Source: Candidatus Fervidifonticultor sextus (lineage in GTDB: Bacteria > Sysuimicrobiota > Sysuimicrobiia > Sysuimicrobiales > Humicultoraceae). Taken from it: a stretch of DNA of 64,000 nucleotides. Under the pieces are notes generated by a model, which worked only from the letters and a program-made list of their open reading frames with translations, had not been told where the DNA came from and searched no databases. The translations under genes were made by a program, and so were the position numbers. Positions 1-9,267 of the stretch are shown in pieces. The stretch is taken from positions 1 to 64,000 of the forward strand of contig JAVKHQ010000014.1 of the NCBI GenBank assembly GCA_031459875.1. The letters are read 5' to 3'. Every line of letters starts with the position of its first letter. Within the stretch, counting starts at the first letter, position 1.

Positions 1-555
1 GTACAGGAAGACCAGGACCATGTAAAGCCGACGGTCGCCTCCGGGGAACGCGGTAGAAAACGCCAGGTAGAAGAAGAGCATCCCCAGCAGCCCGAACCAC
101 AACCAGAGGACCGAGACCCCGTTGAACGTGACACCGAAGGTGTAGTAGGCGAAGCCGGTCAGCACCCGGATGACGTCGGACCCCAGCCTCCCGAACTCCT
201 CCGGCCACACCCCGCGCGCAAGTTGCTCGGCGATGAACCGGCCTCGTGAATCATACGCCCAGGCGTCGCGCAGCAGTCCGCTGTGAAAGCGAAACACCAG
301 CGCGCCAATCTTCAGCGCGAAACTCATCCACAGAATCCCCAACAGCGCCCGGCCGTCGGGGTCGCCGCGGCTCACCGACCAGAAGAGCACCAACGAGACC
401 AGCACCAGCGCGCTCACGATGACGCCCGCGAGCAGCGTCTCCTGGTCGTTCGAGACCAGAACGACCGCGATGGCCAGCGCCGCCGCCAGCAAGAGCGGCG
501 CCACCTTCAGATCCACGGATCGCTGAAACCGTCCCAACGCCGAACCGCCGTGCAT
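1..555 (-). CDS. Polytopic membrane protein, probable polysaccharide polymerase (Wzy-like)/GT-C, 3' end truncated by window edge
   Basis: Manual translation from ATG at 555 (MHGGSALGRFQRSVDLKVAPLLLAAALAIAVVLV...DAWAYDSRG...) stays open to base 1; multiple TM segments; lies in EPS cluster; not in ORF track. Confidence 0.6.
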   Translation of the reverse strand, partial: MHGGSALGRFQRSVDLKVAPLLLAAALAIAVVLVSNDQETLLAGVIVSALVLVSLVLFWSVSRGDPDGRALLGILWMSFALKIGALVFRFHSGLLRDAWAYDSRGRFIAEQLARGVWPEEFGRLGSDVIRVLTGFAYYTFGVTFNGVSVLWLWFGLLGMLFFYLAFSTAFPGGDRRLYMVLVFLY

Positions 556-558
556 GTT

Positions 559-1608
559 TCAGAAGACCTCCAGATCGCCCAGCGAGAGGTGCCAGGCGGA
601 CAGACGGGTGGCGGCCGCCTCGGACGCCGCAGGACTCAAAGGGCGCACCGTCAGCGCCGGCCCCATACCGGGCAGCGGGATGAACCCGGCGCGGATCAGC
701 GCCTGCGCCTGGAGGGTGCGCCTCGCAGCGTGAGCGACCAGGTAGTCAGCGTCAACCGCATCGGCCACATCATGGAGCAACGCGACTGCTTCATCGACCA
801 TCCCGGGCCGGATCAACAACTCGCAGAGCACCACCTCCCGCAGCCCCCGACGACGGTTGGGCCTCAGCACGGTCGCAGCAGCGGGTGTCGGCACACCGCG
901 CCAGCACGCGTGGTAGGGGAGGCCTGAGGCCGCACCGTACCGCCACTGCAGGAAGGCGGTCGTCCTCGGCGTCCGGAGCCGCCCGCCAGCGAGCCGGCCG
1001 TCTTCGCGAAGGAGCCCCTCCAGGTCCAGGCCCCCCGACACGAGCGCCTGGACGGGGGCGATCGGCGCACGGAGCGCTGGACCGTCGCCATCGGCGACGC
1101 GCCCCCCTGCCAGAGACCGGGCGAGGCGCAGCGGCCTCAGAATCCTGACCAGCAGGCGCGGCTTCCCCACATAGGTCCATCCCATCTTGAGGTATCCGGC
1201 CCGGCTGATCGGATTGGGAGTGTTGAAAATCAGGTCCACGCCTTCACTCCGTGCGTGCTCGACCGCCAGCCGGGTCAACCGGGTGAAGACGCCGAAGCGG
1301 CGAAATTCGGGGTGCGTCGCCGTATCGACCGCCCGCACCGCCGTCAGGGTGCGTCCCCCATGGCAAAACCTCCACCGCATGAAGGCCCGCAGCCCCACGA
1401 TCCGTTCGTTGACTGCGACCAGGAGCAATGAAGGCCCAAAGGGGGTCTCGAAGTGCTTCCACCGCCAGAATGCGACGCTCCGGTCGAATGCCCGTCCGGC
1501 CCCCAGGACCTCCCGCAGCAGCGTCAGGACCCCTTCTTCGTCTCCGACGCTGTATGGGCGAACGGTGATCTCCGGCGGGCTGGCCAGCAGCGGCGGCGCG
1601 CTACCCAT
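559..1608 (-). CDS. GNAT-family N-acyltransferase (EPS cluster)
   Basis: DTATHPEFRRFGVF acetyl-CoA motif, FNTPN...YLKMGW; start overlaps upstream GT stop. Confidence 0.75.
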   Translation of the reverse strand: MGSAPPLLASPPEITVRPYSVGDEEGVLTLLREVLGAGRAFDRSVAFWRWKHFETPFGPSLLLVAVNERIVGLRAFMRWRFCHGGRTLTAVRAVDTATHPEFRRFGVFTRLTRLAVEHARSEGVDLIFNTPNPISRAGYLKMGWTYVGKPRLLVRILRPLRLARSLAGGRVADGDGPALRAPIAPVQALVSGGLDLEGLLREDGRLAGGRLRTPRTTAFLQWRYGAASGLPYHACWRGVPTPAAATVLRPNRRRGLREVVLCELLIRPGMVDEAVALLHDVADAVDADYLVAHAARRTLQAQALIRAGFIPLPGMGPALTVRPLSPAASEAAATRLSAWHLSLGDLEVF

Positions 1609-2728
1609 GGAGCCCGGCGACCTGCCGGTACACGCCTTCAACGGTCGCGACCATCTCCGCCATCCCGTAGCCCCGGCGCACGCGTGCCCGCGCCGCCCTC
1701 CCCATGCGCTCCCGGCGATCCGGATCGGCCAGCAGTTCGAGGATGCCCTCCACGAGGGCGTCCACATCCCCGGGGGGGACCAGGATACCGGTCTCGCCGT
1801 CGACGGCGACCTCGGGCACCCCCCCGACCCGGGAGGCCACTACCGGCCGCCCCAGCGCCATGGCCTCCAGCAGCGAGATAGGCAGCCCCTCGTGCAGCGA
1901 CGGCAGCACGAAGAGGTCAGCCGCCCCGATCAGCGCCGTGGCGTCGGAGCGGAAGCCGGTAAAGACCACGCGGCCATCGAGGCCCAGGCGTCGCGCGTCC
2001 TCGACCAGCGGCACAGCCAACGGCCCGGTCCCCACCAGGAGGAACCGAGCCCGATCCTCCCGGGCGATCACCTGCCGCGCCGCCGCCAGCAGATGCCGGT
2101 GACCCTTGGCCTGCCTCAGGTTCCCCACATGCACCACGATCAGGGCATCAGCAGGGAACCCGAATTCGCGGCAGACGGCAACCCGCAGGTTCGCCGGGAC
2201 CTCTACGGCCTCCACATCGACGGCGTTGGGCACCGTGACCAACCGGTCAGAGCGGCCTCCAAGCCACCTCGCGGCTTCCCTGGCGACGACGTCGGAGACC
2301 GCAATCACCGCGTCGTTGAGCCGGTAGGTCGCCAGGTTCAGGAATCTCGTCGCCAGCCGGTGGCGGGACGGGAGGCTGTGCTCTGTGTAGACTACCCACC
2401 GTGTCGCCCCCCGCCGCTTGGCCAGGCGTGCCAGCACCCCCGGTAGCGGAAGGTGGGCGTGCACCAGGTCGATGCGCTCGTCCCGCAGGAACCTGGTCAG
2501 TCGCCCCAGGACGCCGGCGTCTAGCACCGACCGCATGCCCAGACAGCACACGGGGATTCCCGCCGCTTCAAACACGGGGACCAGCGCGTCCTTCCACGGC
2601 AGGAGGTATGCCACCCGATAGTCGAACCGGCGTCGGTCAAAGTGGGGGATCGCCCGCTCCAGGAGGCGCTCCGCACCCCCCAACCCCAGGCCTTTGATCA
2701 GGAGAAGGATGCGGACTCGATCCGACAT
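1601..2728 (-). CDS. Glycosyltransferase family 4
   Basis: GGAER N-terminus; PSLHEGLPISLLEAMALG EX7E motif. Confidence 0.9.
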   Translation of the reverse strand: MSDRVRILLLIKGLGLGGAERLLERAIPHFDRRRFDYRVAYLLPWKDALVPVFEAAGIPVCCLGMRSVLDAGVLGRLTRFLRDERIDLVHAHLPLPGVLARLAKRRGATRWVVYTEHSLPSRHRLATRFLNLATYRLNDAVIAVSDVVAREAARWLGGRSDRLVTVPNAVDVEAVEVPANLRVAVCREFGFPADALIVVHVGNLRQAKGHRHLLAAARQVIAREDRARFLLVGTGPLAVPLVEDARRLGLDGRVVFTGFRSDATALIGAADLFVLPSLHEGLPISLLEAMALGRPVVASRVGGVPEVAVDGETGILVPPGDVDALVEGILELLADPDRRERMGRAARARVRRGYGMAEMVATVEGVYRQVAGLHG

Positions 2729-3801
2729 CGGTCAGACCACGCCGGCCCCGCCGCATCCGGGTGCTGCCCGCTGCGGTGTGCCGCTACCGCATCATAGAAC
2801 TCCGCCAGCGTTGCCGGACGGCAATAGTCACGGGCGACCGCAAACAGCGCCTCCAGGTCCCCATAGAGTCGCTCGATGCTCAGGGGCGTACGGAACCGCG
2901 GGCTGCCCCCGGGCATCAATTCCGAGGAGTGGAGCATGAACTCCACAAAAGACCGGCCTGCCCGGACGGCATCACGCATGATCTGGATGAGTTCCGCCCC
3001 ATTCCTGCCGTTCGGCCTCAACCAGCGCACCGTCGGCCACAGGCGCTCGGCGACGGCTCCCGCCCGCGGGCCCCAGGCCGCCCGGTGGGCCAGCGCGGCC
3101 AGGCCCGAGGGGGGCGTGCGCACCACGGTCACCGGCACCTCCAGCAGCGCGGAGTTCCCCGGCCGGCTGACATCGTCCAGATCGACAAAGTAGGCCTCGG
3201 CGGGAAACCGGGTGTAGTCCGGCCCCCCGTCTCCCGCCGGATGCCCCCAGTGCCGCCTCCATGAGACGCCCGGAGTGACCGAACAGTCCACGCGATAGCC
3301 GAACCGCACCAGCATCCGCGCGTAGACGGCGTCGAACCCCCACCGGCCGGCCCGGTGGCTCAGCATCTTCACCCCGAACGTCTCTTCCAGGCGGGCGGTG
3401 GCCGCTGCGATCTTCCGTTCCATGACCTCGGGCGGGTATTCGGTCAGGTAGGGCTGGAAGGCGGCGTCGTCATCGGTCAGGGGCACCGCAGGCGGTGTGG
3501 TCCACGCGTGGAGGTGCATGCCGATCTCGGCGGTCCCCTCGCGCACAAGGACCCGGGCGAAATGCTGGAACGCGGGATCGCTGGCCATCTCATAACTCAC
3601 CAGGTAGGTCGGCCTGAGACCGTACGCCTCGCACAACGCCTGAAACCGCGGGAGGTAGCGAGCGTTCTGGGTCGTGACGGTCCTCGGCCTCGACCACAGG
3701 TCGTCGGCCTCGGTGTCCACGGTAATCAGGAATGCCGGACGGGGTTGAATCCCTTCCCGGTCCTCAGGGGATCCGGCCGCTCCCGGGAAGTGGGCGATCA
3801 C
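2698..3801 (-). CDS. Polysaccharide deacetylase (WalW-like, CE4 fold)
   Basis: ITVDTEAD, EIGMHLHAW, HRAGRW, FMLHSSELMPGGSP motifs; GTG start in GTGA overlap with upstream stop. Confidence 0.8.
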   Translation of the reverse strand: MIAHFPGAAGSPEDREGIQPRPAFLITVDTEADDLWSRPRTVTTQNARYLPRFQALCEAYGLRPTYLVSYEMASDPAFQHFARVLVREGTAEIGMHLHAWTTPPAVPLTDDDAAFQPYLTEYPPEVMERKIAAATARLEETFGVKMLSHRAGRWGFDAVYARMLVRFGYRVDCSVTPGVSWRRHWGHPAGDGGPDYTRFPAEAYFVDLDDVSRPGNSALLEVPVTVVRTPPSGLAALAHRAAWGPRAGAVAERLWPTVRWLRPNGRNGAELIQIMRDAVRAGRSFVEFMLHSSELMPGGSPRFRTPLSIERLYGDLEALFAVARDYCRPATLAEFYDAVAAHRSGQHPDAAGPAWSDRCRIESASFS

Positions 3802-4934
3802 GACGCCCTCCCGTCGAGGACCGCCGCATAGAACCGGCTGTACGCGTCGCTGATCCCGCCGATCTCGAACCGCCCGCAACGGGCGCGCGCCGCCTCGCCC
3901 ATGGCGGTCCGCCTCGCAGGATCGGTCACCAGACCGGCCACCGCGCGGCACAGACCTTCCTGATCCTCCGGCGGGGCCAGAAGCCCGGTAACCCCATCTT
4001 CCACAACCTCGGGGACACCACCCACCGCGTAGGCCACGGCCGGCAGGCCGGCCAAGCCGGCCTCGATGAGGAGCGCCGGCATGCCCTCGCTCAGGCTGGG
4101 CAGGACGCACAGGTCGGCTGCGGCGAGATACGGCCCGATCCTGGCCTGGGACGGCAGCAGGAATACCGCGTCGCGCAATCCGAGGCCCTCCACGTCTGCA
4201 GCCAGCGCGTCACGACAGGGTCCATCGCCGACCACCAGCGCCCTGACGGCCGCCCCCTGCCTGCGGCACTCTCGGACAATCCAAAGCAGCGCGTGGAGGT
4301 TCTTCTCCGGGGCCAGGTTTCCCGCGTACAGCGCCACGCACTCATGGGGAGCGATCCGCAGCGCCTCCCGTACGCGCGTCCGTTCGGTCGGCCCGCCGTA
4401 GACGCGCGTCCCGTCCACCCCGTTGGGAATCACCGTCACCTTCCTGGGATCGACGCCCGCAGCCCGCTGCAGGTCGTCGGCCACGGCCTGGGAGACGGCG
4501 ACGACGCGATCCGGCTGGGCGAACAACCACCGGTAGAGCCAGCGACGTCCAGGGTCGCGCCGCCAGTACGATCCCATCCCGATGGCCCGGTACACCAGCC
4601 TCCAGGGCCGTCGCGACAGCCTTCGGGCGGCGGCCAGGTACTTCAATGTGGCTGCCCCGTTGGCCTGGACGATTTGGTAGCCGCCCTCGTCGATGACCTC
4701 GCGCACGGCGCGGACCAGACGGAGGTCGAACCCGCGGGCCCGCCCGTCGGGACGCAGCGCCGCCACATCGAGCCCGGCCTCGCGGACCGCCTGGCGGTAG
4801 GTCTCCTCGATGCCGAACAGACTCACCAACCCGACGCCCAGGCGGCCCTGCCGCCGCAGCGCGCGCACCAAGTCCAGGGCGAACACCTCCGCCCCCCGCA
4901 ATTCCCCCTGCTGGATCACCTGGAGGACCGACAA
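3798..4934 (-). CDS. Glycosyltransferase family 4
   Basis: RGAEV; PSLSEGMPALLIEAG EX7E motif. Confidence 0.9.
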   Translation of the reverse strand: MSVLQVIQQGELRGAEVFALDLVRALRRQGRLGVGLVSLFGIEETYRQAVREAGLDVAALRPDGRARGFDLRLVRAVREVIDEGGYQIVQANGAATLKYLAAARRLSRRPWRLVYRAIGMGSYWRRDPGRRWLYRWLFAQPDRVVAVSQAVADDLQRAAGVDPRKVTVIPNGVDGTRVYGGPTERTRVREALRIAPHECVALYAGNLAPEKNLHALLWIVRECRRQGAAVRALVVGDGPCRDALAADVEGLGLRDAVFLLPSQARIGPYLAAADLCVLPSLSEGMPALLIEAGLAGLPAVAYAVGGVPEVVEDGVTGLLAPPEDQEGLCRAVAGLVTDPARRTAMGEAARARCGRFEIGGISDAYSRFYAAVLDGRAS

Positions 4935-4947
4935 CGTTGCGGACGTG

Positions 4948-6300
4948 CTACAACTTCACGATCTTGCCGCGGCCTTCTCCGACGTGACGGGTGGCGTTGC
5001 GTGTATCGACCACCAGCCTGGCGTGCTCGACGATCGAACGGTAGTCCAGCCTCGAATGATCGGCGACAATCAGCACCCCGTCGGCCGCCTGCAGGTTCGC
5101 CGGCGTTAGCGGCTGGCTGGTGAAGGAACGCCCGGCCACCGTCAGCTGAGGCACATAGGGGTCGTGGTAGGCGACGTCCGCTCCGTGCTGCAGCAGCAAC
5201 TCCATGATCTTCAAAGCCGGAGAGCCCCGGTAGTCGTCGATGTCGCGCTTGAAGGTCACACCGATCAGCAGCACACGGGGCGCGGCGTTCCGCGACCCGG
5301 CCCCGTTGATGGCCAGCAGGGTCTTGGTCACCACGTGGTAGGGCATCTCCTCGTTCACCCGGGCCGCCAACTCGATGAAGTCCATGTGAAAGTCGTATTC
5401 CCGGGCCTTCCAGGCCAGGTAGTAGGGGTCTACAGGGATGCAGTGGCCTCCCACCCCCGGGCCCGGATGGAAGGGGAGGAACCCGTACGGTTTCGTGGCC
5501 GCGGCGTCGACGATCTCCCAAATGTCCAGCCCCATCCGGTCGCACAGCATCGCCAGCTGGTTGACCAGCGCGATGTTGACGTTGCGGAAGACGTTCTCCA
5601 GAAGCTTGGCCATCTCGGCCGCCCGGGAGGACGACAGGGCGACGACAGGCGCGCCCAGTTGCTCCATGAGGCGGACGGCTCGCCGCGTGCTCTCGGGATC
5701 CACTCCGCCCACCAGAACCGGGGTGTTCCACAGCGTGTAGTCCTTCCGGCCAGGATCGACCCGCTCGGGCACGAAGGCCAGGAACACATCGCGTCCTACG
5801 GTGAACCCGGCCGAAACCAGAATCGGCAGGACCAGTTCCTCGGTGGTGCCGGGGTAACTCGTGCTCCGCAGGACGACCAGCCCGCCGGGCCGCAGGCGTC
5901 CGGCGATACCCTCGGCCGCCGCAGCGATGCTGGAGGTATCGGGCTGCTTGTTGCGGGTGCACGGGGTGGGCACGCAGATGAAGACCGCATCCGCCCCGGT
6001 CAGTCCGTCGTAGGAATCGGACACCTGCAATCGCCCGGACGAGATCTCGCCCGCCAGGTCGGCGGCCGGCAGATCTCCGATGGGCGACTGCCCCCTAGCG
6101 AGTTCCGCGATGCGCGTCGCGTCGATGTCGACCCCCAGGACACGGTAGCCCGCCTGCGCGTACGCCACCGCCAGGGGCAGGCCCACATAGCCGAGGCCGA
6201 TGACGGCGATCCGGGCGCGCCTCGTCTTCAGCAGGTCCTCGAACTCAGCCAGGGGACTTCCGTCCGTCAGGGGAGGCGATGTCGTAGTCGGTGCGCGCAT
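4948..6300 (-). CDS. UDP-N-acetylhexosamine 6-dehydrogenase (WbpA/TviB/WecC family)
   Basis: GLGYVGLP Rossmann motif, CVPTP, AEMAKLLEN, GVGGHCIPVDP. Confidence 0.9.
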   Translation of the reverse strand: MRAPTTTSPPLTDGSPLAEFEDLLKTRRARIAVIGLGYVGLPLAVAYAQAGYRVLGVDIDATRIAELARGQSPIGDLPAADLAGEISSGRLQVSDSYDGLTGADAVFICVPTPCTRNKQPDTSSIAAAAEGIAGRLRPGGLVVLRSTSYPGTTEELVLPILVSAGFTVGRDVFLAFVPERVDPGRKDYTLWNTPVLVGGVDPESTRRAVRLMEQLGAPVVALSSSRAAEMAKLLENVFRNVNIALVNQLAMLCDRMGLDIWEIVDAAATKPYGFLPFHPGPGVGGHCIPVDPYYLAWKAREYDFHMDFIELAARVNEEMPYHVVTKTLLAINGAGSRNAAPRVLLIGVTFKRDIDDYRGSPALKIMELLLQHGADVAYHDPYVPQLTVAGRSFTSQPLTPANLQAADGVLIVADHSRLDYRSIVEHARLVVDTRNATRHVGEGRGKIVKL

Positions 6301-6365
6301 AGCTCCGCCGTCCCGGTGCTCCAGGTCTCCGGGTCAATGTGCCGGAGAGGTGTTGTTCAGGTTGT

Positions 6366-6397
6366 CGCCGCCGCCCGCCGATGGGCGGGCGGCGGCG
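6366..6397 (-). terminator. Perfect 14-bp GC hairpin directly after the NusG-paralog stop; candidate terminator/pause
   Basis: CGCCGCCGCCCGCC-4nt loop-GGCGGGCGGCGGCG; no U-tract on the coding strand. Confidence 0.5.
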
Positions 6398-6399
6398 TC

Positions 6400-6936
6400 T
6401 TACGCAACGACCTCGACGTCCACCACGTCAATCTCGACCGGCGTCACGGTGCCGAGCAGGTTCAACAGCACCCGCACGCGGTCGGCGCGGCTGCACGGCC
6501 GTTCCAGAATCCCCACAAGTCCGGCAAACGGCCCTCCCAGCACGCGCACCGACGCCCCGGCCCGATAGACCGGCTGCCAGGGCACGACGTCACCATCCCC
6601 GCAGCGCTCCAGCAGGATCCGCATCGCGTCTGCGGGCACGGGGACCGGAGTGTCGCCCGCGGTGACAATCCGCCTGACACCCGGTGCCCACTTCACGGCA
6701 TACCATGGCCCCGGATCCAGCGGCATGTGCACGAACAGGTACGAAGGAAAGAGCGGCTCGACGACCGTCACGCGCCTGGGCCCCCGACGCCTGGGGTAGG
6801 CGATTTTGGGCAGGAACACCGGCAGGCCCGACCGCTGACATAACCAGCGACGCACCCGCTCCTCGCAGCGGGGCTTGGTTTGCACCGCGTACCAATCCGC
6901 ACTCGCAGGACCGCCTGGGCGATCCATCATGCCCAT
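6400..6936 (-). CDS. NusG paralog (RfaH/UpxY/LoaP-like antiterminator)
   Basis: WYAVQTKPRCE, PLFPSYLFV NGN domain; VRVLGGPFAGLVG KOW motif. Confidence 0.88.
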   Translation of the reverse strand: MGMMDRPGGPASADWYAVQTKPRCEERVRRWLCQRSGLPVFLPKIAYPRRRGPRRVTVVEPLFPSYLFVHMPLDPGPWYAVKWAPGVRRIVTAGDTPVPVPADAMRILLERCGDGDVVPWQPVYRAGASVRVLGGPFAGLVGILERPCSRADRVRVLLNLLGTVTPVEIDVVDVEVVA

Positions 6937-6943
6937 GCGTGCG

Positions 6944-7612
6944 TCACCACGCGCGGCGCTGCCTCGCGTATCCGCGGAGGGGCGCTTGCGTCATCACCGC
7001 ACCCAGCACGCGCGCCCCCACCATGTCCAGCAGGCGACGCGCCTCCTGCTGGTCGCGTCGCGAAGCGCCGCGGGACGAAACGACCTGCAGGACTCCGTCC
7101 ACGTGCCGGCTGACGTGCAACGCATCGGAATACCTCAACACTGCGGGAGTATCCACCACTACCAGGTCGAACCGCGACCGCATCACCGCCAGCAGGTCGC
7201 CGATCCCCGATCGCGTGAGCAGGGCCTGAGCCGGCACGTCCGCCTGGCCGGCGGGAATGAGCGCCAGGTGCGGGACCCGGGTCTGAACCGCCGCCTGCTT
7301 CAGGTCTGCCCGGCCCATCAGCAACTCCGCCAGCCCCGGAGACTGCGGGATCTCCAGGAGTGCGTGGAGCATCGGGCCCCGGAGGTTGGCATCCACCAGG
7401 ACCGTCGGCCGACCCGTCCGGGCCATCATCAGGGCCAGGTTGAGCGCAGTGGTGGTCGCGCCGTCGCCCTCCTTAGCAGCCGTCACGGCCACGATTCCCG
7501 GGGGCTTCCCGTTGTTGCCCAGCAGGACGCTGGCCAGCAGCAGGCCGTAAGCCTCGAACAGCGGCTCGCCCTGCCGTGATTCCTCGATGGTAACCGGCAC
7601 CTTCGACTTCAT
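6944..7612 (-). CDS. CpsD/CapB-family BY-kinase homolog with degenerate catalytic motifs (probable pseudokinase)
   Basis: VAVTAAKEGDGATT (Walker A, no Lys), VLVDANLRGP, VVVDTPA; adjacent to the co-polymerase gene. Confidence 0.8.
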   Translation of the reverse strand: MKSKVPVTIEESRQGEPLFEAYGLLLASVLLGNNGKPPGIVAVTAAKEGDGATTTALNLALMMARTGRPTVLVDANLRGPMLHALLEIPQSPGLAELLMGRADLKQAAVQTRVPHLALIPAGQADVPAQALLTRSGIGDLLAVMRSRFDLVVVDTPAVLRYSDALHVSRHVDGVLQVVSSRGASRRDQQEARRLLDMVGARVLGAVMTQAPLRGYARQRRAW

Positions 7613-7636
7613 AACACGCCACCCTCTCCGGTGTTC

Positions 7637-9223
7637 CTACCGCGCCCCCTCGGGGGCTTCGACCTGCACGCCAGCCCCAAGCGAGGCCACCGTTCCGACT
7701 GCCCGCCGCACCGTCTCCAGGGCCATGCCCGGGGAGAACCCGTAGAACCGGCCCACCGAGGCGGTGATGACAGCGACGCCGACGAGAGTCAGCAGCAGAA
7801 AGGCTGCGGTCCCGGCGGCCGTCCTGGGTTCCTCTCGCACTGGAATCTGCGCCAGGACCGGCGCGCCCAGCACCCGTTCGGCCTCCTGCGGCGACCGGAT
7901 GGTGTCATCCAGAGACTCCAGGAACAGCGACGCGACCACGCCCAGCACGAACGCGGCCAGTACCGCGACCCCCGCCATTCTCGGGAGGGACGAGGGCGCC
8001 GGCCGCCCCGGAGGGGAAGCCGCCTCGATGAACTGGAGGCTCGTGGGATAGTGCCCGGCCAGGTTCTCCCGGACGAGCATCTCCTGGTAGCGGGCCGACA
8101 ACGCCGTGTAGTTGTTCTCGAGAATCCGATGCTCACGGGTCAACCGGTTAAACGCGGTCTCCGCCGCCGGCAGCGACATGGCCGCCGCGCGGCGCCGCCG
8201 CAGTGCCTCCTGGAGCGCGTCGACACGGGCGCCGACCGCAATGCGGTCCACCTCCAGGCCCACGATGTCGTTCAGCAGCCTGGCGTGGATCGGGTTGTTC
8301 ACCGTGACCTCCTGCGCCACGGCGGTACGGGCTTCGGCGGTCATCCGGCTGCGCAGTTCGTTGATCTCCCGGGTGATCTGCTCCATCCGCGGGTGCTGGG
8401 CCGTATACTGCTGCGCCAGCGCCGCACGCTGGATCTCCAGTTCGACCAGTCGGTCCTGGTAGCGCCGAAACACCGGGTTGTCGGACGTCGAGCGGGACGC
8501 CACGACCACCGGGTCCTCCCGGGCCAGCCGCTCCCTGATAGCCGCGAGGCGCGCCTCGGTCTCCCGGAGGGTGAGCCTGGCGTTCTCCAGATCCTGCTGG
8601 GCCGCGGCGGCGGCCGCCTGAATCTGCGCGGTGGTCGCCGCCAGCGACGGCATCTGGAGCCGTTCGTTGAACGCCTGGATGGCCCGCTCAGAGGCCTCCA
8701 GCCGGGCGCGCGCCTGGGCAAGTTGTTCCTCGACGAACCGGCGGGACTCCCGGGCGCTGGCCCGGTTGGTCTCTCGGAAGAACGCCACGAACTCTTCGGC
8801 CGTCACGTTGGCGAGCTCCGCCGCCCGCTGCGGGGTCCTGGCCGTCGCCGTCACCCTGATCAGCGAGGTCCCCCGCGGTGCCGACGCACTGACGGCCGCC
8901 TGGACTTCCCCGGGCCCCGCCATGCCCAGCCTGCGGGCGACGCGCTCGGCAATGGGACGACTGTCAATAAGTTGCAGGATGTCGGCCGTGACGGTACTGG
9001 CAGAAGGCCGGGTGGCCTCGCCGGCATCGGCGACAGGCGGAACCGGTGCAATGATCGGCGCGGTGACCAACAGGACGGCCGAGGCACTGTAGACCGGTGG
9101 CGTGTCGCCCGATCGCCAGTAGACGCCTCCGGCGGCTACCATCATCAAGAGCAAGACCAGCCACCACCGCTTCCTGACCGCAGTCAGGTACTGTCCGATG
9201 TCTGCTGCCTGTGCGCTCGCCAT
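7637..9223 (-). CDS. Polysaccharide co-polymerase / chain-length determinant (Wzc-N/GumC-like)
   Basis: N-terminal TM, PVYSASAVLLV, coiled coil with YTAQHPRM, TM followed by LDDTIRSPQEAERVLGAPVLAQIP; RBS GGAAGGAG. Confidence 0.85.
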   Translation of the reverse strand: MASAQAADIGQYLTAVRKRWWLVLLLMMVAAGGVYWRSGDTPPVYSASAVLLVTAPIIAPVPPVADAGEATRPSASTVTADILQLIDSRPIAERVARRLGMAGPGEVQAAVSASAPRGTSLIRVTATARTPQRAAELANVTAEEFVAFFRETNRASARESRRFVEEQLAQARARLEASERAIQAFNERLQMPSLAATTAQIQAAAAAAQQDLENARLTLRETEARLAAIRERLAREDPVVVASRSTSDNPVFRRYQDRLVELEIQRAALAQQYTAQHPRMEQITREINELRSRMTAEARTAVAQEVTVNNPIHARLLNDIVGLEVDRIAVGARVDALQEALRRRRAAAMSLPAAETAFNRLTREHRILENNYTALSARYQEMLVRENLAGHYPTSLQFIEAASPPGRPAPSSLPRMAGVAVLAAFVLGVVASLFLESLDDTIRSPQEAERVLGAPVLAQIPVREEPRTAAGTAAFLLLTLVGVAVITASVGRFYGFSPGMALETVRRAVGTVASLGAGVQVEAPEGAR

Positions 9224-9267
9224 TGTGAGAACTCCTTCCGGCTCTCCAGTCGACGCTGCAGGTCGGG

